Below are positions 1 to 12,316 of a stretch of 20,000 nucleotides of DNA, piece after piece. Each line of letters begins with the position of its first letter. Positions within the stretch are counted from its first letter, which is position 1. The position numbers were made by a program, and so were the translations under genes. The DNA is from Neophaeotheca triangularis (taxonomy: Eukaryota), in assembly GCA_054600435.1 (NCBI GenBank), contig BAAIJX010000075.1, positions 55,061 through 75,060 of the forward strand. Direction: 5' to 3'. The notes under the pieces are model-generated. The model was given only the letters and a program-made list of their open reading frames with translations, was not told where the DNA came from and made no database searches.

Positions 1-1369
1 TGGGTCACCCATCCGGAAGCGTTGTAGAGTAGCCGAGCTGTCTCGGTACCCCTAGGGACCCACGTATCCTCCATGTACGACCAAAGTGCTGACTGCAAGT
101 CTCCGAGTCCGGTCTGGTCAGCCGGCCAGTGGTTCATTTGAAGATTGATGTTCGCATGGTAATCGGCACCCCAAGCGTTTTCAAGACCATACGCCCACTT
201 TCCCTGCAAATTCGGCGGGAGCGAGTTGTCCCGAGAAGACCCGATGAAAAGAGGTCGGCCGTAATCGAAAGCAAGACCTTCCAGATACGGATCGCCGGCG
301 GTGGAGTTTGCCGAATATCGTGCGATAATTTCGGAGGTCTCGATATCGGCCGAGCCCAAAGGATCGGGCAGCTCAAGGGTAAAGGCACCAGCAAGAGCGG
401 CGTAGTCTTCCATGTGAGCTTTTATTAGATGGTCGGGGTGCTTACGCGCAGCTTTTGAAACAGTTCGCTCAACTTCGGGGCCTGGTTCTGCGCCTTTAAA
501 CGAGTATGAATGTTGGGCATTGCCGCGACTCGCATCATAGTCCGTTCCGGCTGCGACAACAAGGGTAATCCGTTTTCGAGCCGAGCCTGGGACAGTCAAA
601 ATACCATCCCTACAGTGCGAGCGAGCATCACGGCCAGAAACTCGAGCAATGGAGTCATAACTCATCCCCGTGTCGGCTCGTGTTCTGCCCGTGAGACGAA
701 CGTGGTTCTTGTCACAGGTCGCAGAGATCAACGACGCGTTTGAGAGCACGTTCTCCATGTAGACTTCAATCTCTGGCAGAGACTGTGTCGATAACACATC
801 GTAAACACACACTTGGTCCGGGTAAGTGCAGTATGTGGAGCTGCGAATGATCAGTACATCCCCCAACAAATGCAGCTTGAGAGCACTTACATGGTAAACT
901 CAGCCTCTTCGGCCTCGAAAGTAGTCGTATGCACACCCGTCTTAAGATCGAGGCTTCTCTTATATTGCTCAACCTCATCGACGCCAGCAATCGAGACGCT
1001 GAGATTAGCGAGTACGGCATAGCTTCCATAGTTATCGTTAGGTCCCATCAAGGCACTCACATTGCCAGTGCCGTTTCGGAAGATCCAGTCGCGAATGCCA
1101 GGAAGAGCATCATAGACGGGTTCCGTAGGGTTGCCACCATTGTAGCTGCTGTTTTCAAAAGGACCCCCTGTCCATAGACTGTCGACGTTGAGGTTGAGCT
1201 TTTCGTGACCGGCTTCTCCGAATGGTAGAGCGGCTAAACGACCATTGCCGACGGTGTAAGCGGTGCGGATGATGTCGGAGTAATTTGCGGGCGTTGTTGA
1301 CCACAGACTTTTCCCTTGGATTAGTGGAACAAAGGCAAGTAAGAAAAAGGAAAGAACAGTGGGCAACAT
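1..1369 (-). CDS. Glycoside hydrolase family 95 (alpha-1,2-L-fucosidase-like), secreted; 3'-partial. Exon 1 1369-891, intron 890-841, exon 2 from 840 to the window edge
   Basis: ATG at 1369 gives a hydrophobic signal-like start (MLPTVLSFFLLAFVPLIQG). GH95 N-domain motifs are present (VGNGRL, LNLNVDSLWTGGP, YKRSLDLKTG). The 50-nt intron reads GTAAGT...CTGAT...CAG. Manual translation of exon 2 (absent from the ORF track) is stop-free and gives FDYGRPLFIGSSRDNSLPPNLQGKW and WGADYHANINLQMNHW, typical of the GH95 catalytic region. Confidence 0.93.
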
Positions 1370-2192
1370 GATGCTTGGAAGGGGGGTTTGGGCTGTGAGG
1401 AATATGCAACTCTGACTTAGCAGGACAAGCTGTCTACTTATACCAACCACAAGAAGCTCTTACACGGATAATCACAATCGGCGTGTGGAGGAAGCAAGTT
1501 GAAACCAGTGGAGAGATGAGTACTTATTCCGCCGAATGGGAAGTATTCAACTCCGCATGCAGGCTGTGTTATGAGGGGAAACGGACGTCAGTGTGCGCCG
1601 GCCAGGCATTTCAGTCGGGTGCCTGTGTAGAAGTCTATGAAACTAGGTAGATCATATTAAGCGGCCAGCGGACATATCCGGTATGTTTGTGTTGAATGGT
1701 ATTAAGTGTCATAGTATTCAAAGTATGTAGGTAGCTACGGAGACACGAAGAAGTAGGAGTGGCTTCGCCAAGCCGCATCATGTGACATTACACGTGACCA
1801 CCCAGCATCATCAGTGCAGCCCTGAGCTAGCGTGACCGAGCCTCAGGCCAATCACATCAACAGCCTGTTGTTATTTGGTTCTGCAGAGTACGTCCCGATC
1901 TCATCGACGGTGCTGTGGTCGAGACAAGCCGCGATACCCTCATCGACGTCACGTCTAGAGACAGTAAGGTGTACCTAGGTAGCAATCTTATCAAGTACGC
2001 CCGGTACCTACTGGACCTGATAAACCTCTCACACGTGCGCTGCTCATTTTGCAAAGAGGCAGTACTCACGTGGTCGCCTACCTAAGGTAACCTAAGTGAC
2101 CAACGTGGATCCGGGAGACAGATACCGTATCTACGTCAAAGTTCACCTTATCTAGGACTCATTCGTTCAACTCGTTAGCACGACTACCTTAA

Positions 2193-3229
<1,037 letters not shown>

Positions 3230-4288
3230 GGACGCGTCGTCGGGAGGGGGATGGATTGGGCGGAGAAGCGTGGGCGCTGGGGAGTCGGGTGTGCCGAAAG
3301 GCGCGTATAGATACACTGCATTACGCATTTGCCTGCGGTGGGCAAGGGGGCTCGGGAGGTTCGTAATGCATGTCCAGGCGGATTGCGTGTCTGACGACGA
3401 GATGCTGGCGAGGCTCACGCATCCCAGTGGAACACGAATCTTGGTACCGGAAAATGGGCCAACACGAGAAATGATAGCACACTTAATGATTAAGGTATGG
3501 CAACTGGCCGTGTTGAAATTTCCAGACCATGATCGTCTTAGGTGGAAGAGACTTGCCGCCCGCCTACGTCAAGGTGGCCTTGTTCTAACATGTGCTTTGC
3601 TTCAGTCTCTTGTGGCGGTATGGAGATCAACGAGGGGTGTGTTTAGTGGATTACTGAAGGCAGACGCTGTTCCTACGTTCCGAAAAAAAGTATAGCGCGA
3701 TCCCAAACGCTGACCCTATGGTATAGCTGTGGTGCCAACCTTGAGCAATAGTCTATATACCTCTGTCCGAAGATGAAGCAAAGCCCAACAAGTGTTCCCA
3801 GGCCGGCAATGCCTACTGCGCAGATATCTCTTTTACCTAGTGAAATACTTCGTAACACTACCGAACCCGAAATATATTCACAGAGCTCCTAGGCTAGAGT
3901 GGCATGGATGCAGATTTCTGTCGTGTCCACCATCTTGCCGTGGCGATCGTCGGCACTGAATGCTCTGCTCTCTCCCACTCACTCGATCTGGAGCCTCGTG
4001 GGTGTCCGCCGAGAGCAATTGGCGGACAGTGTAAGCAATCGCAGAGTAATTTAGTATTATTAAGTTACAGTACATTGAATGTACTCGAAGTGGCGAATAC
4101 ATGCTCGCCTTGCCCGCACGGCGGACTTTGTTCGGCGCTCAGGTAAGCAAGTCAACGTCACCCGATGTCCACTGGACACTTCAATGTCACCATTGCCGAG
4201 GAGCAGCATCTCATATGTATAAATGACATCTTCTTCCCAGCATATGAGTTTTGAGTAGCAAATCAACCGTAAGTCGACTCGACAGTCC

Positions 4289-5314
4289 ATGTATCGCACC
4301 CTCTCTTCCCTATCAAAACAGCCCTCGATCAAGACCATTTTCAATCGCTCCCTATCCACCACCACCACCACCACTTCCGTCACCGGCGCCACCATGACAA
4401 CCGGCAACTTCAAATACATTGACCCCTCAAACCTCTCCGCCAACGGCAGCAAACCCTGGAGCAAAGTCGATGGCCCAGGCAAATCCTTCAATGAGCTCAA
4501 CATCTCCCGCCCCGTCCACAACATCCGCTCAACCCCCAACTACCACTCCGCCTTCACCACCAACCTTAGCGGTTTCCAAATGCTACACGCCCCCTCGGCC
4601 GAAAAATCTTTCACCTCTGACCCCCAAATCCGCGAGCACTACTACGCCGAAACCGAAACCCTTCTCCGCCAGCACCTCCCCCCCGGCGTCAAGAAGATTG
4701 TTATCTTCGACCACACCATCCGCCGCCGCGACAAGAACTCGCCCAGGCAGCCGGTGCAACAAGTCCACGTGGACCAAACCCCCGGTGCGGCCGAAACCCG
4801 CGTGCGCCGCCACCTCCCCACCGCTGAAGCCGACGAGCTTCTAGCCCACCGCTACCAAATCATCAACGTCTGGCGGCCGATCGAGAACCCCGCTTCCGAC
4901 TACCCATTGGCAGTGATAGACTGGCGCTCGACAGTGCCCAAAGATTTCGTCCCCGTCGATCTCATGTACCCGCAACGCGCCGACAGCCCGCAAACAAAAG
5001 ACGACGACAGAGGCAAGGAAGTTGTCCCGGACGCTTCCTCGTACGCTTCGATCGAGAATTACGCCGTCAAGGGCGAGACTTTGGCCGTGGCGCCTAATGA
5101 CAGTCATCAGTTCTTCTATTGCAAGGATATGACTCCCGATGAGGTGATGTTGCTGAAGTGTTTCGACTCGTGGGGCGAGGGCATGGCGGGGTTGGGGAAA
5201 GAGGGCATCGCGGTGCGCACGCCGCATACAGCTTTTGAGGACCCGAACACGCCGGAGACGGCGCCGGGAAGGCAGAGTATTGAGGTGAGGTGTTTGGTGT
5301 TTTACGAAGAGTAG
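4289..5314 (+). CDS. AsaB hydroxylase/desaturase / GA4-desaturase / CmcJ-like family protein (putative Fe(II)/2-oxoglutarate-dependent oxygenase); alternative start at 4394
   Basis: Intronless 341-aa ORF with family motifs IFDHTIRR, VHVDQT (HxD), IINVWRPI, PLAVID, MTPDEVMLLKCFDS, TPHTAF and RQSIEVRCLVF. Confidence 0.85.
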   Translation: MYRTLSSLSKQPSIKTIFNRSLSTTTTTTSVTGATMTTGNFKYIDPSNLSANGSKPWSKVDGPGKSFNELNISRPVHNIRSTPNYHSAFTTNLSGFQMLHAPSAEKSFTSDPQIREHYYAETETLLRQHLPPGVKKIVIFDHTIRRRDKNSPRQPVQQVHVDQTPGAAETRVRRHLPTAEADELLAHRYQIINVWRPIENPASDYPLAVIDWRSTVPKDFVPVDLMYPQRADSPQTKDDDRGKEVVPDASSYASIENYAVKGETLAVAPNDSHQFFYCKDMTPDEVMLLKCFDSWGEGMAGLGKEGIAVRTPHTAFEDPNTPETAPGRQSIEVRCLVFYEE

Positions 5315-5958
5315 ACGGTGGAAGTGTCGAAGCTTTTTCGGGGGTGCAAGCAGAGGTGGTTTGTTTTGGAGACTCTGCGCGTTATATACGATCCCAACGA
5401 CTTTGACCAATAATCGCGCTCCGTGACAACTTCCCCACAGGACAGTGCGTATTTAAATGTTCGGCTTGTACGACGAAACCTGAGCCACCTATCTGCGCAA
5501 CGATGGGTTGAACAGATTGAACAAAGGCAGAAGAGGGTCGGAGAGCCGATAAAATCACCGCTCTTGCCGACCTTTCCGTTCGTCGTCAGGCCCTTATAGC
5601 GAAAGGCGTGGAGAGTCGTGTGACAGAAAACATTCGAAGTGCGCAGGCAGTCTATTATCAGACTTGCACGCTGGGAGCAGCAAGAGTAGCCGAAAGAGGG
5701 TCAAGGAGCACCAAGTCACACGGAGCCAAGTGAATGTCCAATTTCTTGTACACAACAACCCAATAGATTGTGAACATATGATTCCCACCTCGTTACAATA
5801 GTTACAGAACGACGAGTACCGCCAACCACACATTCATCACAAGCCGACTCGTCAACAAGAGAAACGCCAAGAAACCCCCTTCTCGCCGTGTTAAACAGAA
5901 TACGCCGCAAAATATGGACAAGCCCGCTCCCTTCCTCCACCATCGACTAACACCAACC

Positions 5959-7731
5959 CTAAGCCTTGCTCTTCTTACTCTTCTTTCGAATCTGCTCCTC
6001 GGGAACCTGCGCATCCTCCTCGCCACCAGTACTCTTCCTCTTCTTCTCCTTGCGCTCCTTCTTCAACTGCTTCTCGACTTTCTCCTCACCAGCGGCAGGG
6101 TCCTCGCCCTTCTCTTTACGCTTCTTCTCCACCTTCTTCGCGGCCTTCTTGTCCGCGACAGCGTCCGCATCCTCGACATCCGCCATGCTGGTGTCGGCGA
6201 CGTCGGATTTGCGGGACTTCTTATCCTTCTTCTTCTTGTCGCGGACGGCTTTTTCGGTAGCGCCTTCGGTGACGCCTGGGGCCGTGATGCCTTCTTCGGC
6301 GCCCGTGGCCGTGGGGTCGACGTCCATTTTGTCATCGGCGTCGATGTCGCCGAGGGAGGCGAGGGTGGCGTTCATGGCTGCTTTCTACGAGGAGTGTTAG
6401 TAAAAGCAGTCATAGGTGAGTGATGGGAAGTGACATACCATGGCTACCTCGTTCTTGGTCGGCGCGACACCATCGGAGTAGAACCTCAAACGCTCCTCGA
6501 CTTGGTCTCTGAGCGCTTCTCCGAATTTGCGGCTGGGCTCCATGCTGAAGTTGTCAATGCGGGAGGCGATGCTCGTCTTGTTGGCGAGGAAGCGCGAGAT
6601 GCGGCCCTTGTTCTTCATGCCAGCTTTGCCGATGAAGCTGCTGTGGTAGATGAGACCGTACTTGGGAGTGTTTCCCTTGGTCTTGAGAGCGCGGAACAGA
6701 GCCTTCTCGGCACCGAGAATCTGGACAGTGGAGGCGGGGTATTTGGCCAGGTTTGTAAGGGAGCCGGCATGGGAGATGAGGCGCGCGCCGACAGTTTCGC
6801 CGATCAGGGCTGCCAGGTTGGGGGCCACGACGCCCATCTTGGTGACGAGGTAGTTCCCGAGAGACTTGCGGTAGGCAGCGAGTTCAGCGGTGCGGCGGGC
6901 AAAGGCCATGACGTTTTCCATGTCGCGCTCGCTGAGATCTTGACCCATCGACACTCTGGCAGCTTCGATGATACCACGGGCGACGCTCTCATCGTCATCG
7001 ACAACGGCCGCCAGGTCGTGAAGGGAGTCTTCGGAGAGAGTCTTCTTGTCTTGGATGAAAAGCGCGCATTTGGCGTATTTGTGGTTGTCGCTGACAATCT
7101 TGACCAGTTCGGGGAAATGCCATCCATACCATTCCCTCACACGCATACTGAAAGTGTTGACAGCCTTGTCCAAGTGGTCAATGGTTGCGATAGCCTGGAT
7201 GATGTGGTTGTCGTTCTTTTGCACACTGAACTTGACTTTGGCGCGGGAGTAGGCGTGACCGAGACCGAGCTGAGCGCGGGAGATGTCGCCCTCTTGAAGG
7301 TTCTTGAGGAGCTTCTCGGAGTGAATGCGAAGACCACGCAGGAGATCACCACAGAGTTCGCTCGTCTCGCCAGTTTCGCATTCAATACCAGGGAAGCCGG
7401 CCTTGATGCTACCAGCCAATGCCTTGTCCCCAACACCAAGAGTGACCTTCTTGCTAGACTTCTTGCCGGCCTTGGGGAGGTTGGCCTCGAGGACGGTTTG
7501 GAGATAGTCGCTCATGATACCTTCGGAGACTTCGTTGGCGTTCTCAAGAGCGTGCGAGGCGCCTTGGAAGGGAGCAAAGGCGGTGAGTTGCACCATCTTG
7601 CCGAAGCGGGCCAGGTCGGCGTAGGCATTCTGCACTTCCTGCAGGCGTGCGCCTACCGTGTCGGCCTGGAGCTTGACGGAGAAGATGCCGTAGCCCACAG
7701 AGGACTCGTGAAGGAGATAATCGACCGACAT
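5959..7731 (-). CDS. NOP56: Nucleolar protein 56, box C/D snoRNP core; exon 1 7731-6439, intron 6438-6385, exon 2 6384-5959
   Basis: AQLGLGHAYSRAKVKFSVQKNDNHIIQAI (Nop56-type rather than Nop58), REWYGWHFPEL, LAKYPASTVQILGAEKALFRALKTKGNTPKYGLIYHS. The 54-nt intron (GTATGT...ACTAAC...TAG) leads in frame to a K/E/D-rich tail. Confidence 0.96.
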
Positions 7732-8118
7732 GGCGGGCAGATCATGCACTGGTGGTGGAGGTGGATATCGCTGTCGCTACCGTAGCATGCACCGGAGTTA
7801 GTGAGTATCCGGTGTAAAGGGGGTGGAGGCGGTGTCGGTGGTGGTGGAGGTGTCGTCGTCGCAGACAGTTCGAACGGAGCTCTCCAGCAGCAAAGATCGA
7901 AAATTGCCAGACGAAGACTTTCGGTCGGTGGTCGGAGTTTACAAGCTAGCGGAGAAGCTTGGACCAGTAGCTTAATATTACGCGGGACATCAAACGCGAC
8001 TTCCTTGGGGAAGATTTCAAGAAGCCAAGCCAGCATCAACTACAACTCCCTTCATTCCGCCGCCAACACCCCCCCCCTCTTCTTCTACACATCCCCCAAT
8101 TCGGTATCGACAGCAACC
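7732..8118. promoter_or_regulatory. Short divergent (probably bidirectional) promoter region between NOP56 and CCT6
   Basis: Only 387 nt separate the two divergent ATGs, so both 5' UTRs and promoters must fit here. Inferred from gene geometry. Confidence 0.6.
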
Positions 8119-9811
8119 ATGTCGGCCGCACAACTCCTCAACCCAAAGGCGGAATCGAGAAGGCGCGGCGAAGCGCTCAAGGTCAACATCAGCGCTGGAG
8201 AGGGTCTGCAAGATGTTTTGGCTTCCAACCTGGGACCGTCAGGAACACTGAAGATGTTGGTGGATGGCGCGGGCGGGATCAAACTCACAAAAGATGGATC
8301 GGTGCTGCTCAAGGAGATGCAAATACAAAACCCCACAGCCGTTATGATTGCTCGGGCGGCGACGGCACAGGACGATATTTGCGGTGACGGCACAACAAGT
8401 GTCGTTCTGATGGTTGGTGAACTCCTCAAGCAAGCCGATCGCTACATCAGTGAGGGTCTGCACCCGCGGGTCATTACAGATGGCTACGATGTGGCAAAGA
8501 ACGAGGCCCTGCGCTTTTTGGACGACTTCAAGCTCCCCAAGGAAGTCGACCGTGAGCTTCTCCTCTCTGTCGCCCGGACATCTCTCAGCACCAAAATCAA
8601 CAACACCCTCGCCGAGCAACTCACCCCAGACATTGTCGACTCCGTTCTTGCAATCTTCCAACCGCCCGCACAGCCCGACCTCCACATGGTAGAGATCATG
8701 ACCATGCAACACCGCACAGCCGCCGACACACAGTTGATCCGTGGTCTGGCCCTGGACCATGGTGCACGCCACCCAGACATGGCCAAGGATATCCGCGACG
8801 CGTACATCCTCACACTCAACGTGTCTCTCGAATACGAAAAGTCGGAAATCAACAGTGGCTTCTACTACAACTCCGCCGAGCAGCGGGAAAAGCTCGTCGA
8901 AAGCGAACGCCGCTTCGTCGATGACAAGCTCCGCAAGATCGTCGAGCTCAAGAAGGAAGTCTGCGGCACCGACGGCAAGAAGGGGTTCGTCATTATCAAC
9001 CAAAAAGGCATCGACCCCCTCTCCCTCGACGTGCTTGTCAAGAACGGCATCTTCGCCCTGCGCCGCGCCAAACGCCGCAACATGGAACGCCTCCAGCTTA
9101 TCTGCGGCGGCACTGCCCAAAACAGCTGCGACGATCTTACTCCCGACGTTCTCGGCTGGGCCGGCCACGTCTACGAACACCAACTTGGCGAGGAGAAATA
9201 CACCTTCATCGAAGAAGTCAAGGAGCCCAAATCCGTCACCCTGCTCATCAAGGGCCCCAACAGCCACACCATCAGCCAGATCAAGGACGCTGTTCGCGAC
9301 GGTCTGCGAAGCGTCTACAACATGATTGTCGACGGCAGTGTCGTTCCCGGTGGCGGTGCTTTCCAAGTCGCCTGTGCGCAGCGCCTCAACAGCGACGAGT
9401 TCCGCCGCCAAGTCAAGGGCAAGGCCAAGTACGGCATCAGCGCTTTCGCCGACTCGCTGCTCGTCATTCCTAAGACTCTGGCCGCCAACGGCGGCCACGA
9501 TGTGCAAGATTGCCGTAAGTACCAGCATTACCAACATACCCGTAACCCCAGCTAACTCCTTTTCTTCTCCTTTTGTAGTCGCATCCCTCCAAGACGAGCT
9601 CTCAGCTGGCAACACCGTCGGCATCAATCTTACCGACGGCAGCCCCATGGACCCCGTGCAAAGCGGCGTCTACGACTCGTTCCGCGTGCTACGGAATTCC
9701 ATTGCCAGCGCCACAGGTATCGCAAGTAATCTGCTGCTTTGTGATGAGATGCTCAAGGCGAGGCAGATGGGGAAGAGCGGTCCCCCTGGGGGTGGCGGGG
9801 AAGAGGGATAG
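8119..9811 (+). CDS. CCT6: T-complex protein 1 subunit zeta (CCT/TRiC chaperonin); exon 1 8119-9514, intron 9515-9578, exon 2 9579-9811
   Basis: [13 protein letters not shown] start, [27 protein letters not shown]-binding [16 protein letters not shown], and zeta-typical [12 protein letters not shown] and [14 protein letters not shown]. The 64-nt intron (GTAAGT...GCTAAC...TAG) joins in frame as DC-LASLQDE; the protein ends [15 protein letters not shown]...EEG. Confidence 0.97.
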
Positions 9812-11164
9812 ATGTTTGGAGAGAGAGAGTGGGGTACGTTGAAAAGCAGATGGTAGAACATGCTATGCTATATTATGCAACGAATGTGTATCTGTCGAGT
9901 CGAGCCAAGTTCGACTGCCCGCCAACCTTACGAGATTTTTGTTCCCGCTTAATCGTTCTCACTTCATGGCTTTCGTCGGGAATACCATAATTTTTAGGAC
10001 TGTATATACAAAACGATGGAAAGTTACTTGGGATCTGCCAACAAGCTCGGCTTGGATCAAAAATCATGCACGCCCGGGCGCTATTGCAAGATGTCTCGCG
10101 CTGCACTCGCGAGCTACCACGCCGCAGAGTCAATAGAGCTCCCATGAGGAACAGAGAGCGAGGGCAAAGCCTAGATTTCTTATCGCCGGGGAGCTACGGG
10201 CCTCAACCACTAGAGCAGGTAGAAACATCCCGGGCACGAAATTTCACTCTCTCTTTTAACAGGGGTCTGCGATGATTGTGGGCATAGCTCGTTCGTCGCT
10301 GTAGCTACGTATCAGTTAGAGGCGCGGGCGTTTGCGGCTGTCTTGCTCGCGCTGGCCGGTCATACTGTATCTTTGCTTCAGACGTGGTCTTAAGAACTAG
10401 AAATTGGGAGAAGATGGTTTTATAGTGGCGGCAAGGACTGCACGGACGCTTGCTCGTGATGGTTAGGCTTCGATAGAGTAGATGTAAACATATCTGATGG
10501 GCGAGCTGAGGTAGCTGGGTAGACTTCCGAGTCCGCAGAATTACGGGACGATGGGGTATTGTCTCGCTGAGATCAGTATTTGCGTTGTTGCTGCGTGCTC
10601 GGCTCATTCTCAGTAGACCCCACGAGTGCGTACGTCTTCAAAGATAAGGCAGGCTCTTATACCCTTTCAATCTAGCATTTGAAGTTGCATTTTCAGCATG
10701 TGTGATCTGCCAAACCCCCTGAAATCCCCCCCTGCAATCCTGCCAAAAGTTTGGCCACACAAACTGGCTGTTCGTGCTGATCGAGAGAGGCGCTGTACCT
10801 TTCTCCACCGCAGAGAAGGCAAGAGCGGACCATGACCAGCGAAAACATATAGCTCATTTCAGCAGACACAGGCTCTGCAATAGTGATATTACGTACCGCG
10901 CTTGGGTTTGATTGCATCTCGGGCTCTACACTTGAAACTGCCAGACCTAGAGAAGAACGCCGCGCTCAACATTCCCTGCCACCACGCCATGCTAGAACGC
11001 TCGATGCGCTGCGCAAATACACACCTCGCTTAATCTGCAGAACCCACCACGTCGTTGCGCATGGAAGAATCCCGCCCATAATCTTCAGGCAAGGTAACTC
11101 ATGGGAGTTTTTTTCTTCCTTTCCAAGATCGAGACACATCCAGCATAACCCACTCCGCCGCCCC

Positions 11165-12316
11165 TTACCCCCTTTCGCTTGCCCTAGCCAACCAAGCCTC
11201 CTTCAAAACCTCATACAGAAACACAAACTGCCCCTCGCCCTGAACCATCATCATGCGCTGTTTCCTCAACTCATCCACGGTCTCGGCGATCAAATCCCTA
11301 TCCTTGGGCACTGAGTCCAGCTGCCCCGAATGCAGCAGCGACAGCAAGTAGTCCAAAGCGATGAATGTCCCGCTCCGTCCGACACCCGCACTACAGTGTA
11401 TGATGCGCGGGTTGTCTTGCGCAGTACTCGCGAAGTCCGCGGCGACGGACGCAGAAGCAGGACCGTTGTTTGTAGTAGAAATATCGGAGGAGGGGCCGCG
11501 GTTTAGCCGTGCGGAGAGCTGGATCAATTGCAGCAGGGCTAAGCGATCTTCGCCTTCAGGGACGAGGAAGTCGGGCCAGCCGGAGAAGAGCAGGTGGTGG
11601 ACTTCCTTGTCCTCTTCTCGACTCGAACCGGTTTGCGCTCGCAACCGCAGCTTGCGCACTTGGCTTCGTGCATGCAGATCTTCGTTGACTTCGCCTACAA
11701 GCTCTACGCTGCCTTGAAAATCTCCTTGCGCGTTGCTGGCATCTTCGGGGGGGATCTGCATGGGGCTTTCCGAGGCGGAGAGCGGGTAGTATTGGTAGCA
11801 TTTCTCCTTACCGGCTTCGTGGGTTTGGGTAAGCATGACGACAACGGCAGGGCTGGCTGTTTCTTGGTAGAGCATTCGCCAGAAGTGGTTGAGGTTCGTA
11901 TCTTTGGGGCCTTGGGTTGCTATGTATTGTCTTTTGCCTAGGGTGATGGGGGAAGCGTTGATGTAGTCGGAGGTGCCGGGGGGCAAGTCGCGAAGTTTGA
12001 CGCGGTTGGCGGCGAAGGGCTCGACGTTAAGGTAGCGGTTGCGGGCTACAACTTCGGGGCTGGAGAGACGGGAGAAGGGGTGGGCTTCTGAGGAGGAGGC
12101 GGGCGAGGTTGAGGTGGGGGCGTTCTGGCTGCCCAGGAGGAGGCGCTGGCGTTGTTGCCATTCTAAGTCTATGAATTTGGCGTGGATGTCGGTTTTGGGC
12201 TGGGCGAGGAAGGCTGGGAGGGAGGGTTGGCTAGAGGTGGTTGAGGCGGCCATGCTTGGTGTAGTCGCTTTCTGGGGTTGTTTCGGACGCTTGCAGATGT
12301 GACGGGTTAGGAACAT
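11165..12316 (-). CDS. PTP1: Classical protein tyrosine phosphatase (yeast Ptp1-like); start at 12316 or 12253
   Basis: RNRY, DYINAS, YIATQGP, FWRM, VMLT, KCYQYYP, WPD loop, P-loop HCSAGVGRSG and RKQRMMMVQ. The first ~59 codons of the ORF-track call start at a non-ATG codon and are probably UTR. The gene symbol is a best guess. Confidence 0.9.
   Translation of the reverse strand: MFLTRHICKRPKQPQKATTPSMAASTTSSQPSLPAFLAQPKTDIHAKFIDLEWQQRQRLLLGSQNAPTSTSPASSSEAHPFSRLSSPEVVARNRYLNVEPFAANRVKLRDLPPGTSDYINASPITLGKRQYIATQGPKDTNLNHFWRMLYQETASPAVVVMLTQTHEAGKEKCYQYYPLSASESPMQIPPEDASNAQGDFQGSVELVGEVNEDLHARSQVRKLRLRAQTGSSREEDKEVHHLLFSGWPDFLVPEGEDRLALLQLIQLSARLNRGPSSDISTTNNGPASASVAADFASTAQDNPRIIHCSAGVGRSGTFIALDYLLSLLHSGQLDSVPKDRDLIAETVDELRKQRMMMVQGEGQFVFLYEVLKEAWLARASERG

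Noticed and set aside
6430..7785. 451-aa ORF antisense to NOP56
   Set aside because: Shadow ORF expected from strong C/G-ending codon bias in a highly expressed gene; non-ATG start and no recognisable domain.
7801..8118. 106-codon in-frame N-terminal extension of CCT6 in the ORF track
   Set aside because: GTG start, low complexity, overlaps the NOP56 leader; the conserved CCT6 N-terminus begins at ATG 8119.
8239..9648. 469-aa ORF antisense to CCT6
   Set aside because: Same codon-bias shadow effect; it also reads through the CCT6 intron and has no motifs.
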